NCBI GenBank assembly: GCA_000996035.1
Contig: LBYH01000001.1
Coordinates: 21,676 to 85,675, forward strand
Direction: 5' to 3'
DNA: 64,000 bases
Origin: Parcubacteria group bacterium GW2011_GWA2_40_143
GTDB lineage: Bacteria; Patescibacteriota; Minisyncoccia; UBA9983
Positions 47,492-57,300 of the stretch are shown here, in pieces. The notes below the pieces were generated by a model that worked only from the letters and a program-made list of their open reading frames with translations, searched no databases and was not told the origin of the DNA. The stretch's first letter is position 1, and every line of letters starts with the position of its first letter. Position numbers and translations under genes: made by a program.

Positions 47492-47519
47492 CGACAATCG
47501 CGCGAAGGACGGACCTTCG

Positions 47520-50500
47520 TTAATATTCTATTTCCTCTCCCTCTATCGTCGCGTTGCCGGAGATCTCGCTGCCTCCGGCAACAACCACTCCTTCGTCGGA
47601 GACATTTTCTATTGTTACATCAGACAAAGTAGCTGAAGAACCGTTGTATAAACCGATACCATCTCCGTCCAATATGTCGCTAATGGTTGATGTCGCGATT
47701 GTGATAACGGAATCGTAAGAGCCTATACCATCGCCATCTAAAACATTCGTTATCGTGGAGCTGGCTATGACAATAGTTGATTCGTAAGCGCCTATGCCAT
47801 CGCCATCAAGAACCGTATCTATGGTGGTTGAAGACATTGTCAACGAAGAATTATAAACGGATACCGCGTCCGCGTCTATGGTATTGGTTATCGTGGAAGA
47901 AGCAATGGAAACGGAACTTCCGCTGTACGCCGCAATCGCTTCATTCGTGGTACTGGCAAAAGTGGTATTTTCAATTATGACCACGCTATTATTATTCAAT
48001 TCAATGCCGGCGTTATTGCTGATAAATTCCGAATCGGTTATTTCCAGATCGGCTCCATTGCTTAGGCTTATACCTCCCGTATTGGAGATTATAACGTTAT
48101 CTAAAGTGCTCGTTCCATTATTGCCGCTAATTTTTATTTTATTCGCAGTTGATGTGTCTGAAAAAGAATCAAAGACTATCGGATTGTTTTCTTCTCCGTT
48201 AGCGTTGATGACGCCATTGACTTCAAGGTCATCTAAGTAAAGGCTCACTTGAACGCCGGACTCAATGGTGAGAGTTGAAGTGGCTGAGACTTGAACATTT
48301 TGGGAAACATAGTAACAACCACCTTCTTCAAGAGTGATGTCTTGATATATGCTTTGGCCGTTGTTGAGATTATTAAAGCTGACGGAATTACATTGGCCGG
48401 GCGTGCCGGAGATGGAATTGCCTTCGGCATCTTGTCCGCTTTTAATGAAATCAATGTTCGTCCCCCATGTGGCCCAATTGGAAGTATCAGATCCGGACTC
48501 TTTGGAGTTTACTCTCTCCATAGTCTTTCTGGAAGTGGAACTTGTATTATCTCCGGCGGACCATCCGTCGGTTGCGACAGGAGTTCTGTCTAAAGTGGTG
48601 GATGAGTGAGAGAGAATGATTTGTTCTCCATTGTTACCAAGCGCCCACTGAGATGACCCATTGCCATAAACGGAAACAGTTGATCTGGCGGTTATTGTGT
48701 TTGCCCTTCTTTCAAGAATGCGATATTCATAAGGAGCCATTTCTCCGACAAGGGCGATAAACGGCGCGCCGTCAGTTGATTCTACTGCCCATTGCGACAA
48801 ATCTAGCGTATAACTTGTATTGTTTTTTATTTCCAGCCATTCATCATACGCGGAAGCCGCCGTTCCCATCCACGCGATTTCGTTGATAGCGAGAGGAATG
48901 GTGGCGACAGAAACGGCTTGAGTAGAAGTGGCGCTTGTCGTGGCCGAAGAAATTGCCGATACAGAAAAAGTGTACTCGGAAAAATCGGAGATGTTGGCGA
49001 TGAAGCTCGGTGCCGTCGTGGTAGCGTATTCTCCGTTCTTACTTATGGCGTAATGTTCCGCGTCGGAAACCGCTTGCCAAGAAAAAGTTACGGTGGTGGT
49101 GGCAAGAAGACAGCCATCGGTAGCCAAAGAGTAATCGCATTGGGAAACACTAAGGATTGGCGCGGAAAGTGAAACTGTTTCTTGCTCATCCTCTTCTTCC
49201 TGATCTTCTTCTTGCTCGGATTCAGAGACAAGAGAAACTTTTGGCGCCGCCCCGCCGCCGAAACCGGAATACGGAAGACCTAGAAAAATAATGCGAGGCT
49301 GATTGTCAGCCTCGCTCTTATCAAAATCTCCTAAGGAACGAGACGCGCTAAAATCGGCGCGTCTAGCAGTATCATCCTCATCAGTTGATTCACTCTTTAC
49401 AAGATTCAACACCGCTTGTTTTTTCTCACTCTCGCTGTCTTTCTTTTTCTTATCCTCTTCCACTAACGCCATGGTTTGCTTTTTAATATCTTCCAGGGAA
49501 GCTTGAATTTGAGTGATTGAAGCGGAAAAACTCAAATTTGAGAAAGACTCCGCCGCCTCGGAAACCACTGTATCAAAAACCGCTAGATCAACGACTTCGC
49601 TTACCTCATTGTCAAGGTTCAACCTTGACAATGAGGTAACAGCCTCCACCGCCACAGCCAAACCATCGCCATCTTTCGGCGAACGACTCGCCTCAAGAGA
49701 AAAAATATCGGTAATCTTGCCAGTCAAGCTTGACGCGACACTTGCGATCTTACTCGCGCCGGCAGAAATATTTTCTTTAACGGAATTATAAGAATCTTTA
49801 GCAAAGGCAAAAGCTTTGGCCCCTTCACCCACAACAGACACTCCGCCAATGTAGCCGTTTAAAGTAACGATTTTCTTAATAACTCCATTTTCTTTAACAA
49901 AAATTTCCGGTGCCGGTTTTTGGCCGGCTATTATTGCCTCCGCTTCTTGATGAAATAACTCTATCAGGCCGGCACCATTTATAATAGCTTCGCGAGAGAG
50001 ACGGGAGAAATATTGAGAAAGGATTTCTGTTTCCTTTTTGGTTTCCAAAAGATATTCTTTTTTTAGATTAAGAAGATTATCAGGAATAGTTCTTGCCCTA
50101 ATAAGCTCAAACTCCTCTCCATTCTTATCCAACCCATAACCAAAACTTTCATCTTCTCTCACTATTTTAGGATTAGCATATTTAGGATCGTTTATAGTGT
50201 CTTTGCTAAAGAAATATCCATTGGAATAATTAGCCAAAGCGTAAAAGTAATTATCCACCTCGCCTCTTTGGATAGGAGTCATGCCTTTGACTGCCAACTC
50301 GTCAGCCACCTTAAAATTCTCTCTGGTAAAATCCTTGGCGTATTCCTCCAGCGGACTGCCGTAATCGCCGGTAATCGTTCTGGCCTCATGAGCGTGCGGG
50401 TCGTCTCTGGTGTGGTCCGGCACGGCCATATCCTCCATCAAGTGCAAAGTATGGCCGAGAGTCGCATACGCTTCTTTTTTATTGCCGTTTGCGTATTCAT

Positions 50501-50924
50501 AAAGCGCTTTCTCCCAAGTGCGATTGCCCAGGTATTTGTAATATTCCGCTTGCAACTCTTGATTATGCAGCCAGTCCGGCGCAGGCACGGGAGCAGTGAA
50601 GGACAGAAAGTTTTCCGCCAAGTAGCGCATCAACCAAGCCGGCACCCGGCCAGTATTCTCTCCTGTCCAACCTGTCTTATTCACCGGATCATAAAAATGG
50701 TTTACCCATCTTGGCGGCGTATCTTCCGAGACAACGCCTGATATAATCCACTCTTTCTCTTCCGCGCTCAACTTATCTTCGGCGAATATGTTATAAAAAT
50801 CCACAATTTCGTCCGTAATGGCCGGATGAGTGGTAAGATCGTCAAAAGCCAGCGCCGACGCGCCGGTTAAGAAAACTCCCGCCAAGACGAGCGGGACAGT
50901 GATTTTACTAAAATCAAATTTCAT
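47520..50924 (-). CDS. Large secreted multidomain protein: zinc-dependent phospholipase C-like N-domain, lamin-tail domain, and C-terminal parallel beta-helix repeats
   Basis: 1134 aa with a signal peptide. HFYDPVNKTGW and LGHTLHLMEDMAVPDHT match the PLC zinc ligand blocks (compare B. cereus PLC HFYDPDNGKT, LGLSLHYLGDVNQPMHA). LAINEIAWMGTAASAYDEWLEIKNNT is a lamin-tail-domain signature. The C-terminus has repeating NN/IxN beta-helix turns. Confidence 0.7.
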   Translation of the reverse strand: MKFDFSKITVPLVLAGVFLTGASALAFDDLTTHPAITDEIVDFYNIFAEDKLSAEEKEWIISGVVSEDTPPRWVNHFYDPVNKTGWTGENTGRVPAWLMRYLAENFLSFTAPVPAPDWLHNQELQAEYYKYLGNRTWEKALYEYANGNKKEAYATLGHTLHLMEDMAVPDHTRDDPHAHEARTITGDYGSPLEEYAKDFTRENFKVADELAVKGMTPIQRGEVDNYFYALANYSNGYFFSKDTINDPKYANPKIVREDESFGYGLDKNGEEFELIRARTIPDNLLNLKKEYLLETKKETEILSQYFSRLSREAIINGAGLIELFHQEAEAIIAGQKPAPEIFVKENGVIKKIVTLNGYIGGVSVVGEGAKAFAFAKDSYNSVKENISAGASKIASVASSLTGKITDIFSLEASRSPKDGDGLAVAVEAVTSLSRLNLDNEVSEVVDLAVFDTVVSEAAESFSNLSFSASITQIQASLEDIKKQTMALVEEDKKKKDSESEKKQAVLNLVKSESTDEDDTARRADFSASRSLGDFDKSEADNQPRIIFLGLPYSGFGGGAAPKVSLVSESEQEEDQEEEDEQETVSLSAPILSVSQCDYSLATDGCLLATTTVTFSWQAVSDAEHYAISKNGEYATTTAPSFIANISDFSEYTFSVSAISSATTSATSTQAVSVATIPLAINEIAWMGTAASAYDEWLEIKNNTSYTLDLSQWAVESTDGAPFIALVGEMAPYEYRILERRANTITARSTVSVYGNGSSQWALGNNGEQIILSHSSTTLDRTPVATDGWSAGDNTSSTSRKTMERVNSKESGSDTSNWATWGTNIDFIKSGQDAEGNSISGTPGQCNSVSFNNLNNGQSIYQDITLEEGGCYYVSQNVQVSATSTLTIESGVQVSLYLDDLEVNGVINANGEENNPIVFDSFSDTSTANKIKISGNNGTSTLDNVIISNTGGISLSNGADLEITDSEFISNNAGIELNNNSVVIIENTTFASTTNEAIAAYSGSSVSIASSTITNTIDADAVSVYNSSLTMSSTTIDTVLDGDGIGAYESTIVIASSTITNVLDGDGIGSYDSVITIATSTISDILDGDGIGLYNGSSATLSDVTIENVSDEGVVVAGGSEISGNATIEGEEIEY

Positions 50925-51396
50925 TTATCTTCCAATTATCTGATGGGTATTTTATAAAGCTAACAAACATAGATGGTTTTGAATTTAATTTCGCTTCCAT
51001 AATAAAAGAATCACTACCAGCACCAGATCTCCATTCACTTGCTGTCTTTAAGATGTTCATCAAATTATAAATATTTTCTTGTGGAGCATTATTTAATATC
51101 CTCAATTCCTCCCCTTGCTTCTCCGCCACAAAATATTTACTGGCCAGTTCATAATCGCCGGCTTCCACGGCCGCAATAAACATTTCCAAAGTCTCTTGTG
51201 GAGTGTTACCGCCAATAGTGTCTTTTGCCAATTCTTTTTCTCTGTCTTCCACCATTTTATCAATCTTAGTCATATTTCTCTCAAACTTAGTATTATCTCG
51301 CCACTCCAAAAAACTTATCACGCCAATAAGTACCGCCCAAATAGCAAAAAAAATCCCCACTCCATAAATTATTTTTCTTCTCATCCTCATTATCAA
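50914..51396 (-). CDS. Hypothetical membrane-anchored protein
   Basis: 160 aa. N-terminal transmembrane helix. No family recognised. Confidence 0.5.
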   Translation of the reverse strand: MIMRMRRKIIYGVGIFFAIWAVLIGVISFLEWRDNTKFERNMTKIDKMVEDREKELAKDTIGGNTPQETLEMFIAAVEAGDYELASKYFVAEKQGEELRILNNAPQENIYNLMNILKTASEWRSGAGSDSFIMEAKLNSKPSMFVSFIKYPSDNWKINEI

Positions 51397-51432
51397 AATT
51401 TTATCACACCAAATTTTCTAAAACAACCCCGC

Positions 51433-51469
51433 CCCCCACCATCAAGGACTCCCCTTGATGGTGGGGGTA
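51433..51469. repeat. REP-like palindromic element, copy 2 (CCCCCCACCATCAAGG-ACTCC-CCTTGATGGTGGGGG), inside an approximately 80-nt MITE-like unit at 51402-51483
   Basis: Perfect 15-bp arms. The core is shared with 7 other sites. Confidence 0.8.
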
Positions 51470-51475
51470 ACTTTT

Positions 51476-52249
51476 CTAGCTTTCGCCGGGTTGGAAAATC
51501 TCCTTTAACGCCCAAGGAGCCATAAATTCTTGGATCGCTGAAATTGGAATATCTCCGAATATAGAAAAAGGGCCTTTGTCTTCATTACTATAATCAACTC
51601 CGACGCAGGAGGCCGAGAAAGCTTCCCGTTTCGGGGCAAACATCAAATCACAGCTTGGTTCTCCGTCATATTTAGAAAGCAGCAGCGGTTTCATTATCCT
51701 TACCGCTTCCGCCCAAGCCAAATCATCGCGAAACAGTTCGTTTCCCTCTCTCATCATTTCGCCCTTTTCAAGATCGAAAATAAGATATGTTCGCTTGGGG
51801 TCGCTGGCTTTACTGCCAGACAAATGGTCTGATGATGTAAAAGCCATGGAAATCAAACGCGGAGACATAAGCAATATTTCCGTATCTATATTGAGAGTGC
51901 TTGCTTCCCCGTTATCATCGGCGGCGGTTCTGACACCCCGAATAAAAATATCCTTCAACGCTCCGATATATCCAGCAACATCCTCGTTAATTTTTTCGGC
52001 CAAGAAATCATTGGTGTAAATAACCACATCGGGAATCCTTAAACTTATTAAGAACTTTTTTGGTTCATCCTCTATGGTAATTTTTTGCCATTTTATGACT
52101 GGCTGACTTAATTGCTTTACCACCTGAGAAACCTCTTCTTTTTTATTCCAACGCGGAGTAAATGCTAAAAATGAAATCGCGATAATTATCCCAAAAATCA
52201 CTGCGATGGCTTTTGAAAAAAATTTTCCAGACATAAAAATATCAATCAA
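51476..52249 (-). CDS. Hypothetical exported protein (DUF3298/DUF4163-like, RsiV-type fold suspected)
   Basis: 257 aa. N-terminal transmembrane helix. Weak resemblance to DUF3298/DUF4163 blocks. Low certainty. Confidence 0.45.
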   Translation of the reverse strand: MIDIFMSGKFFSKAIAVIFGIIIAISFLAFTPRWNKKEEVSQVVKQLSQPVIKWQKITIEDEPKKFLISLRIPDVVIYTNDFLAEKINEDVAGYIGALKDIFIRGVRTAADDNGEASTLNIDTEILLMSPRLISMAFTSSDHLSGSKASDPKRTYLIFDLEKGEMMREGNELFRDDLAWAEAVRIMKPLLLSKYDGEPSCDLMFAPKREAFSASCVGVDYSNEDKGPFSIFGDIPISAIQEFMAPWALKEIFQPGES

Positions 52250-52422
52250 TCACCTTCAAAACACCGACGCTTCTTTTATCAACTCGGAAAAATTTTTCAA
52301 AGGCTTTAACCTCGACCCTAATATCGCGCCCAACAGAATTACCGGCGTATTTTATTTTTGTAAAATTTAGTTGAATTGATTTTATCACACCAAATTTTCT
52401 AAAACAACCCCATTTAAACTCT

Positions 52423-52478
52423 AATATTATACCACACCCACTGTCCAAATATGCCATCCAAGGGTAACCCTTGGATGA
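52423..52478. repeat. REP-like palindrome, variant copy 3 (…CATCCAAGGGTAACCCTTGGATG… with outer arms CCACACCC/GGGTGTGG), inside a second MITE-like unit at 52382-52498 that shares the flanks of copy 2
   Basis: The flanks TTATCACACCAAATTTTCTAAAACAACCCC (5') and TAACTTTTCTAGCTTT (3') are repeated at 51402 and 52382. Confidence 0.7.
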
Positions 52479-52572
52479 TGGGGTGTGGATAACTTTTCTA
52501 GCTTTTTCTAATGGAAAGATAACCAATCATCTATCATGGTGCTAAAGTCTTGTTGAGTTAAAAAATACTCAG

Positions 52573-52621
52573 GAAAAGTTTCCTTGCTTAGCACCACCAT
52601 CAAGGGGAGTCCTTGATGGTG
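52573..52621. repeat. REP-like palindrome, copy 4, with 22-bp arms (TTGCTTAGCACCACCATCAAGG-GGAGT-CCTTGATGGTGGTGCTAAGCAA), overlapping the 3' end and stop of the RAYT gene
   Basis: The transposase C-terminus LLSTTIKDSP* is encoded by the repeat. An approximately 25-nt stretch (AAAAATAYTCAGGAAAAGWYTCCTTG) is duplicated at 52562-52586 and 52676-52700 on either side of it. Confidence 0.8.
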
Positions 52622-53286
52622 GTGCTAAGCAAAAGCCAATCGTTTATAAAATCATCAAAATCTTTGCGATTTGAAAAATATTCAGGAAAAGACTCCTTGT
52701 TAATAATCTTTCCCTCCGGCCTGTTACCGTTTTCGCTATAATCAAAATAACTTGAATAAGAATACTCGTTCAAAAAAGAACTAGCTGTGTTTTTATTTTT
52801 AATGCCACTTTCTTTCCATTCCGGCTCTATTAGTTTAACTGGATTTAAATGAATATAGGCAAAAAGATATTTTAAATACTCATCATTATCCGCATGAGTT
52901 GACTTAAAAACCCCTTGGAATAAAGCCCCCGTCCTATTATATCTCTTATTAAAATACATTGAGTATCCTGTAGCCAGCTTGCCCATAAATTTACTGATGC
53001 CTTTTTCTTTTTTCTCTTTAACAAGAAGATGGAAATGGTTAGGCATCAAACAATAAGCTCCAATATCAACAAGAGAGTCTTTTTTATTTATGTTTAATAT
53101 CTTCATCAAGGACTCCCCTTGATTTATGAGGTTGCTTATGTGCACAACATCAACATTGTTGGAAATATAAAGCAAAACAAGAAACCTTAAATAATCGGCT
53201 TTGTCCGAAAAAATATCTCTTTTTTCGGTGCCACGATTGTAGATGTGATAATATTCACCAACAGAAAAAACTATTTTTCTTTCCAT
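52600..53286 (-). CDS. IS200/IS605-family Y1 (HUH) transposase, REP-associated tyrosine transposase (RAYT)-like
   Basis: 228 aa. EYYHIYNRGTEKRDIF (N-terminal beta-strand block), HUH motif YCLMPNHFHLLV, RYNRTGALFQGVFKS…YLFAYIHLNPVK (compare RAYT …GIWQRRFWEH…YIHINPLKHG). Flanked by inverted REP copies (copy 6 lies 14 nt upstream, copy 4 overlaps the stop). A partial REP copy is in-frame inside the gene. Confidence 0.8.
   Translation of the reverse strand: MERKIVFSVGEYYHIYNRGTEKRDIFSDKADYLRFLVLLYISNNVDVVHISNLINQGESLMKILNINKKDSLVDIGAYCLMPNHFHLLVKEKKEKGISKFMGKLATGYSMYFNKRYNRTGALFQGVFKSTHADNDEYLKYLFAYIHLNPVKLIEPEWKESGIKNKNTASSFLNEYSYSSYFDYSENGNRPEGKIINKESFPEYFSNRKDFDDFINDWLLLSTTIKDSP
53104..53123. 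repeat. REP-like partial copy 5 inside the transposase gene, in-frame (encodes NQGESL)
   Basis: CATCAAGGACTCCCCTTGAT. Translated on the minus strand it gives LINQGESLM, the same peptide core as the rlmN insertion. Confidence 0.7.
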
Positions 53287-53300
53287 GCTTTTATTTTAAG

Positions 53301-53335
53301 ACACTTATCCCCAACCATCAAGGACTCCCCTTGAT
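53301..53335. repeat. REP-like palindrome, copy 6 (CCCCAACCATCAAGG-ACTCC-CCTTGATGGTTGGGG), immediately upstream of the RAYT gene
   Basis: 15-bp perfect arms. Opposite core orientation to copy 4. Confidence 0.8.
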
Positions 53336-53354
53336 GGTTGGGGATGTTATAAAT

Positions 53355-54083
53355 TTATTGGAAGTTTTGAAGAAGATTTTGGAGGTCTTGGGATGTGTCT
53401 GGGTTGGCGGCGATGCCTTGTTCTAGAAGAGCTTTGGCTTTGGCTTCGTCTTTGAGAAAATTTCTATAGAAATCATAGAAATTGCGGTAAATGAAAATCA
53501 TGTTTTTACCATTTTCTATCGCCTTTTTATAACTCGCTTCCGCTTTGGTGTTGTCTTTAAGATAATAAGCGTAAAGTTCTCCCAGATTATTGTATGATAC
53601 ATAATTATCCGGACTTATTCTGCCAACGTAATTCCACACGTCCGCCGCGCCTTGATAATCGCCTATTATTTTCCAATATATCCCGAGCACCAGCCAGTTT
53701 TCCACATTTTTCGGATCCTCTCTGAGGCTGGTTGAGATTTCATTGATCTTTTCCATCGCTCTTTCCGCCAAGACTTGGTCTATGCTACTTATCGGTTGAG
53801 CGACTCTATCTAAGAGAGTGGCGCCTTCGCTATCAAGCTTTTTTTCTTCCTCTATTTTTATGGGACTAACTTTAAAATCACCATCGCCTTCAATGGCTAA
53901 ATTTGACCCTTCTATAGTCTTAATGGTGGAAGAGGCGGATTCTATATCTTCGGCAGCATTCTCCTTTGAGTTTAAAGCTAAATCCGAACCGGACTTAGTA
54001 AAGATATCTTTGGATATAAAATAACTTACTCCGCCGACCATAAGCAAGATAAAAATTATAAAAATCAGTTTGTTTTTATTCAT
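53355..54083 (-). CDS. TPR-repeat protein, membrane-anchored
   Basis: 242 aa. N-terminal transmembrane helix. Tetratricopeptide-like helices (…WLVLGIYWKIIGDYQGAADVWNYVGRISPDNYVSYNNLGELYAYY…). Confidence 0.7.
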   Translation of the reverse strand: MNKNKLIFIIFILLMVGGVSYFISKDIFTKSGSDLALNSKENAAEDIESASSTIKTIEGSNLAIEGDGDFKVSPIKIEEEKKLDSEGATLLDRVAQPISSIDQVLAERAMEKINEISTSLREDPKNVENWLVLGIYWKIIGDYQGAADVWNYVGRISPDNYVSYNNLGELYAYYLKDNTKAEASYKKAIENGKNMIFIYRNFYDFYRNFLKDEAKAKALLEQGIAANPDTSQDLQNLLQNFQ

Positions 54084-54136
54084 AGTACTTACATATTAAA
54101 TAATTCCTTATCCTGCGTCAAACCTCGTCATCAAGA

Positions 54137-54211
54137 CCATCAAGGGGAGTCCTTGATGGTGGGGAGTTTTCATTCTTAGTATGTCCGTATCCAAGGACTG
54201 TCCTTGGATAC
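54137..54211. repeat. REP-like copies 7 (ACCATCAAGGGGAGTCCTTGATGGT, 54137-54161) and 8 (variant GTATCCAAGGACTGTCCTTGGATAC, 54187-54211) in the intergenic region downstream of the surface-protein gene
   Basis: Palindromes read directly from the sequence. Confidence 0.75.
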
Positions 54212-54311
54212 TTTATGTTGGGTAAAGATAGAAAATACAAAAACCCCGTTCTCTTACGAGAACGGGGTTTTTGCTAACCTCCCGCTAAAAGCGAGACACA
54301 AGATGGTTAGA

Positions 54312-57300
54312 TTACTTAGATTTGGTGTAGCTGATACCTCCTGACGGAAGCGACGTTACGTTGTAGCCGTTTATCCAATCGTAGTCATTTATTGAGTTTG
54401 TCGTTGTAGTAGCTCTTGGTGACCAGATGAAGTTATTGGCTGCTGTAGCCGCTGCCTCAATATTTACGTAGTTATCAACCAATCCGGCCAAGGAAGGATA
54501 AGCATTGTCACCCTTGAGGGTTACCGTCAAAGAATCTCCTGAAGAAACTCCTGTTATGGTAGCCACTACCTTGAAGTATCTCGTAGCGCCGGCTGGAATC
54601 TCTATTGTCGTAGAAGCGGTGCTAATTTGAGGATAAATTTCAAGGTCGGTTGAAGCTGAAGCCCAGTTGGCTTCCAAATCAACATCAGTGTTCATAAGCT
54701 TGCCTCCTGAGTTTATTCCGGAAATCGGTCCGGTAAATGAACCGTTGCTGTAACTGTCATAAGCGTAAACATTCAAGCTGTCTGCCGTTACACCAGTGGT
54801 GGCAATATTGAAGGAAAGTTTGTACAAGGACATCTTGCCGGCGCTGTCAGCAGTGATGCTGAAGCCCATGATAGTCTCATCTGTCGTACCGGACAAAGAT
54901 GATTCTATGCCGGAAAGTCTCACTACCGTCGGGAATGTTTTAAACATTCTTACGCCGGAGAAAGAAGTGGCTCCTGAAGTTGAAGTAATGGTCGTACCGC
55001 TGGAAGATCCTCTACCTTGCGCATTGCCGGCTCCAATATAGTCAACGGCAATGAGTGCTCCCTGAGTACCCACCTGGCTTGTGCCAATGGCGGCTAAATC
55101 AGCCTTAACTGTCATACTCTTTGTCTCATCTTTACCAATGATGAACTTTGAAGTTCCATCAGTGTTGGTAAGTATGGTTGATGTGCCTGTGCTACCCGTA
55201 AGGATAAGTGTGCCAACTTGCGTTGAACCATCCCACAAAGTTACCTGAGATAAATCAGAAACTGAGGAAGAGGCTGTATTGGTAAGCGTAAGTCCTAGAT
55301 AGGTAAGTTCAATGGCTTCGTTTGCTGAAGTAAAGTCAATTACTCCAAGCGTAACCGTTGAACCTGAAGCAGCTACGGCGTTCGCGGCCGGACTCTGTGA
55401 TGTGTTTTCCGTTACAGTAAGCGTGCCATTCGCTGTAAGCGCCATAGCCTGACCAGTTGAGTCATTCTCAGTAAGAGCAGCGCTTTGACCTGAAGTTACG
55501 CCTGTAACTGTCGGTAAAGCCTCGCTATCGTAACCCCAAGCGTAAGTACCGGTAGCTCCGGCAACAATATTACACTTGAGAGAAATCGTTTTCGCGGTGC
55601 CTTTTGATATAGTAAGCGGATTGTCAAGCGTGAAGGTCGTGGAAGAAGCTGAGGATGAAGTCGGGCTAAGCACATTTGAACCGGTGTTCAATGCTGTTGA
55701 GCCGTCGTATAGAACACAATTGTTCAAGTTCGTGGCGGTATTACCGAATTTCTCATACGCGAATGGGAATGAATTGATTTTTACATCTTCTCCTGATGCC
55801 GTAGCGTCAAAAATGTAGTTGGCAAAAGTGAATTCTTGCGCTCCGGCTACCACTGTTTGAGCGGCCGGATTAGTGGAAACGCTGATGGCCAAAGCCGCAG
55901 CCTTAACTGTCATTGTGTTTCCGGTTACAACAGCTGATGAAGGCGTAATTGAATTGCCTGTTGTCTGGCCGGTAATGCTAGTGAAGTCGGATGAAGGGGT
56001 AGTAGAAGCAACAACTGTTTGGTTGTTGGCAAAATCCGTACCCAATTTTCCTTTAAGTGTATATGTTCCCTTTCCTATCGGGAAAGTTACGGTGTCGGTA
56101 AAGGTTACTGTACCGTATACAGCGGCTCCTGAACCGTCGGCCGGACCGGCTACTATGTTGCCGTTTGAATCAAACAAAGCGATGTTTGTGATATCTTCAA
56201 CTTGGCCGGCAGTGCTGGTAATCTGGAAGTGGTAAACCTGCTGCGCTACCGATATGGCTTCTCCTTTGGCTTCTATCTCAAAACCTCCGAGCGTTACATC
56301 AGATACATTCTCGGCAATATTCTGAGCGGATACCGAAGTGGCCTTGGTTATCGTAAGCGAGCCTGTTGAAACTGTAGCCTGATAAGCATCAAACCATGGG
56401 TTAGCGCTTGAGAAGGCGCCGGTGTCATCCGTGGGATCTGTAGCTCCATTGGCCGGCGTTATGCCATAACCATAGGTCTCTCCCACTACGTTTACATCTG
56501 TTCTCTTGTAGATATCAAAATCTATCGTTCTGCCCGAACCGCTTACAATGTCTCCTTTGATAGACATTTCAATGCTTCCTCCTTTGTCTACTACGATACC
56601 GCTACCGAAAGTGGAAGTGTAGTATTTGCCGTCTGAGGAAACTGTTGTGTCGTAAGCAACACCGTCTATGTATGTCTTTACGTTCTCAATGTCGGAAGTG
56701 GCGGCTGAACCTGATTGATTCCATCTTATGGAATTGAATCTTACTTTCTCGGCTGAACCAGTTGTGAATTTAACTGAAGAGAAAGTGTATCCGGTGGTGC
56801 CTACCTCTTTGTTCTGACCTGATCCCGGGTCTATTGAACCCACGGCCAATGTCGGAACCGAACCGATTGAAAGCGTAGCGTTTATGGTGTGAACCGCTCC
56901 AGTAATTGGAAGTATGCCTGATACCGTGGCTGAAGTGTTGATGCCATTTATAGTAAGGGCTACAATCTGTCCGGCTCTGGTGCTGTTGTCAGCTGCCATG
57001 TTTCCGGCAATCGTCATAGTTTTTGAAGTGCCGGCTTTTACCGTGAAAGTGTCTCCTACCGTAGCCTGGTGATTTGAGTTCAAAGTTTTCTCCAAACCAA
57101 GCTGTGTGTCATTTTCATCTAAAAGCACTATTCCGGAAAAGTTTGAATCGCTTCCTAAATTAGTCCTTTCTATATTGATGCCGGTTACGGTTACATCATC
57201 GGCTCCCGCCGTGAGGGTAACTTTCGTAAACGGAACTCTTGCCGCGCTTTCCGGAGCCAATGTGGCTACCGGTTGCGTCGGGCTGGCTACCGCCAAGCCT

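Noticed and set aside
52242-52526. 94-aa minus-strand ORF
   Set aside because: It spans the MITE/REP copies at 52382-52498, and repeat elements commonly create artefactual ORFs. No features of a real protein.
51400-54220. Possible CRISPR array, suggested by the recurring palindromic 21-mers
   Set aside because: Spacing is irregular (36 to about 1000 bp), orientations alternate and copies have variable arms. This is REP-like behaviour, not a repeat-spacer array, and no cas genes are present.
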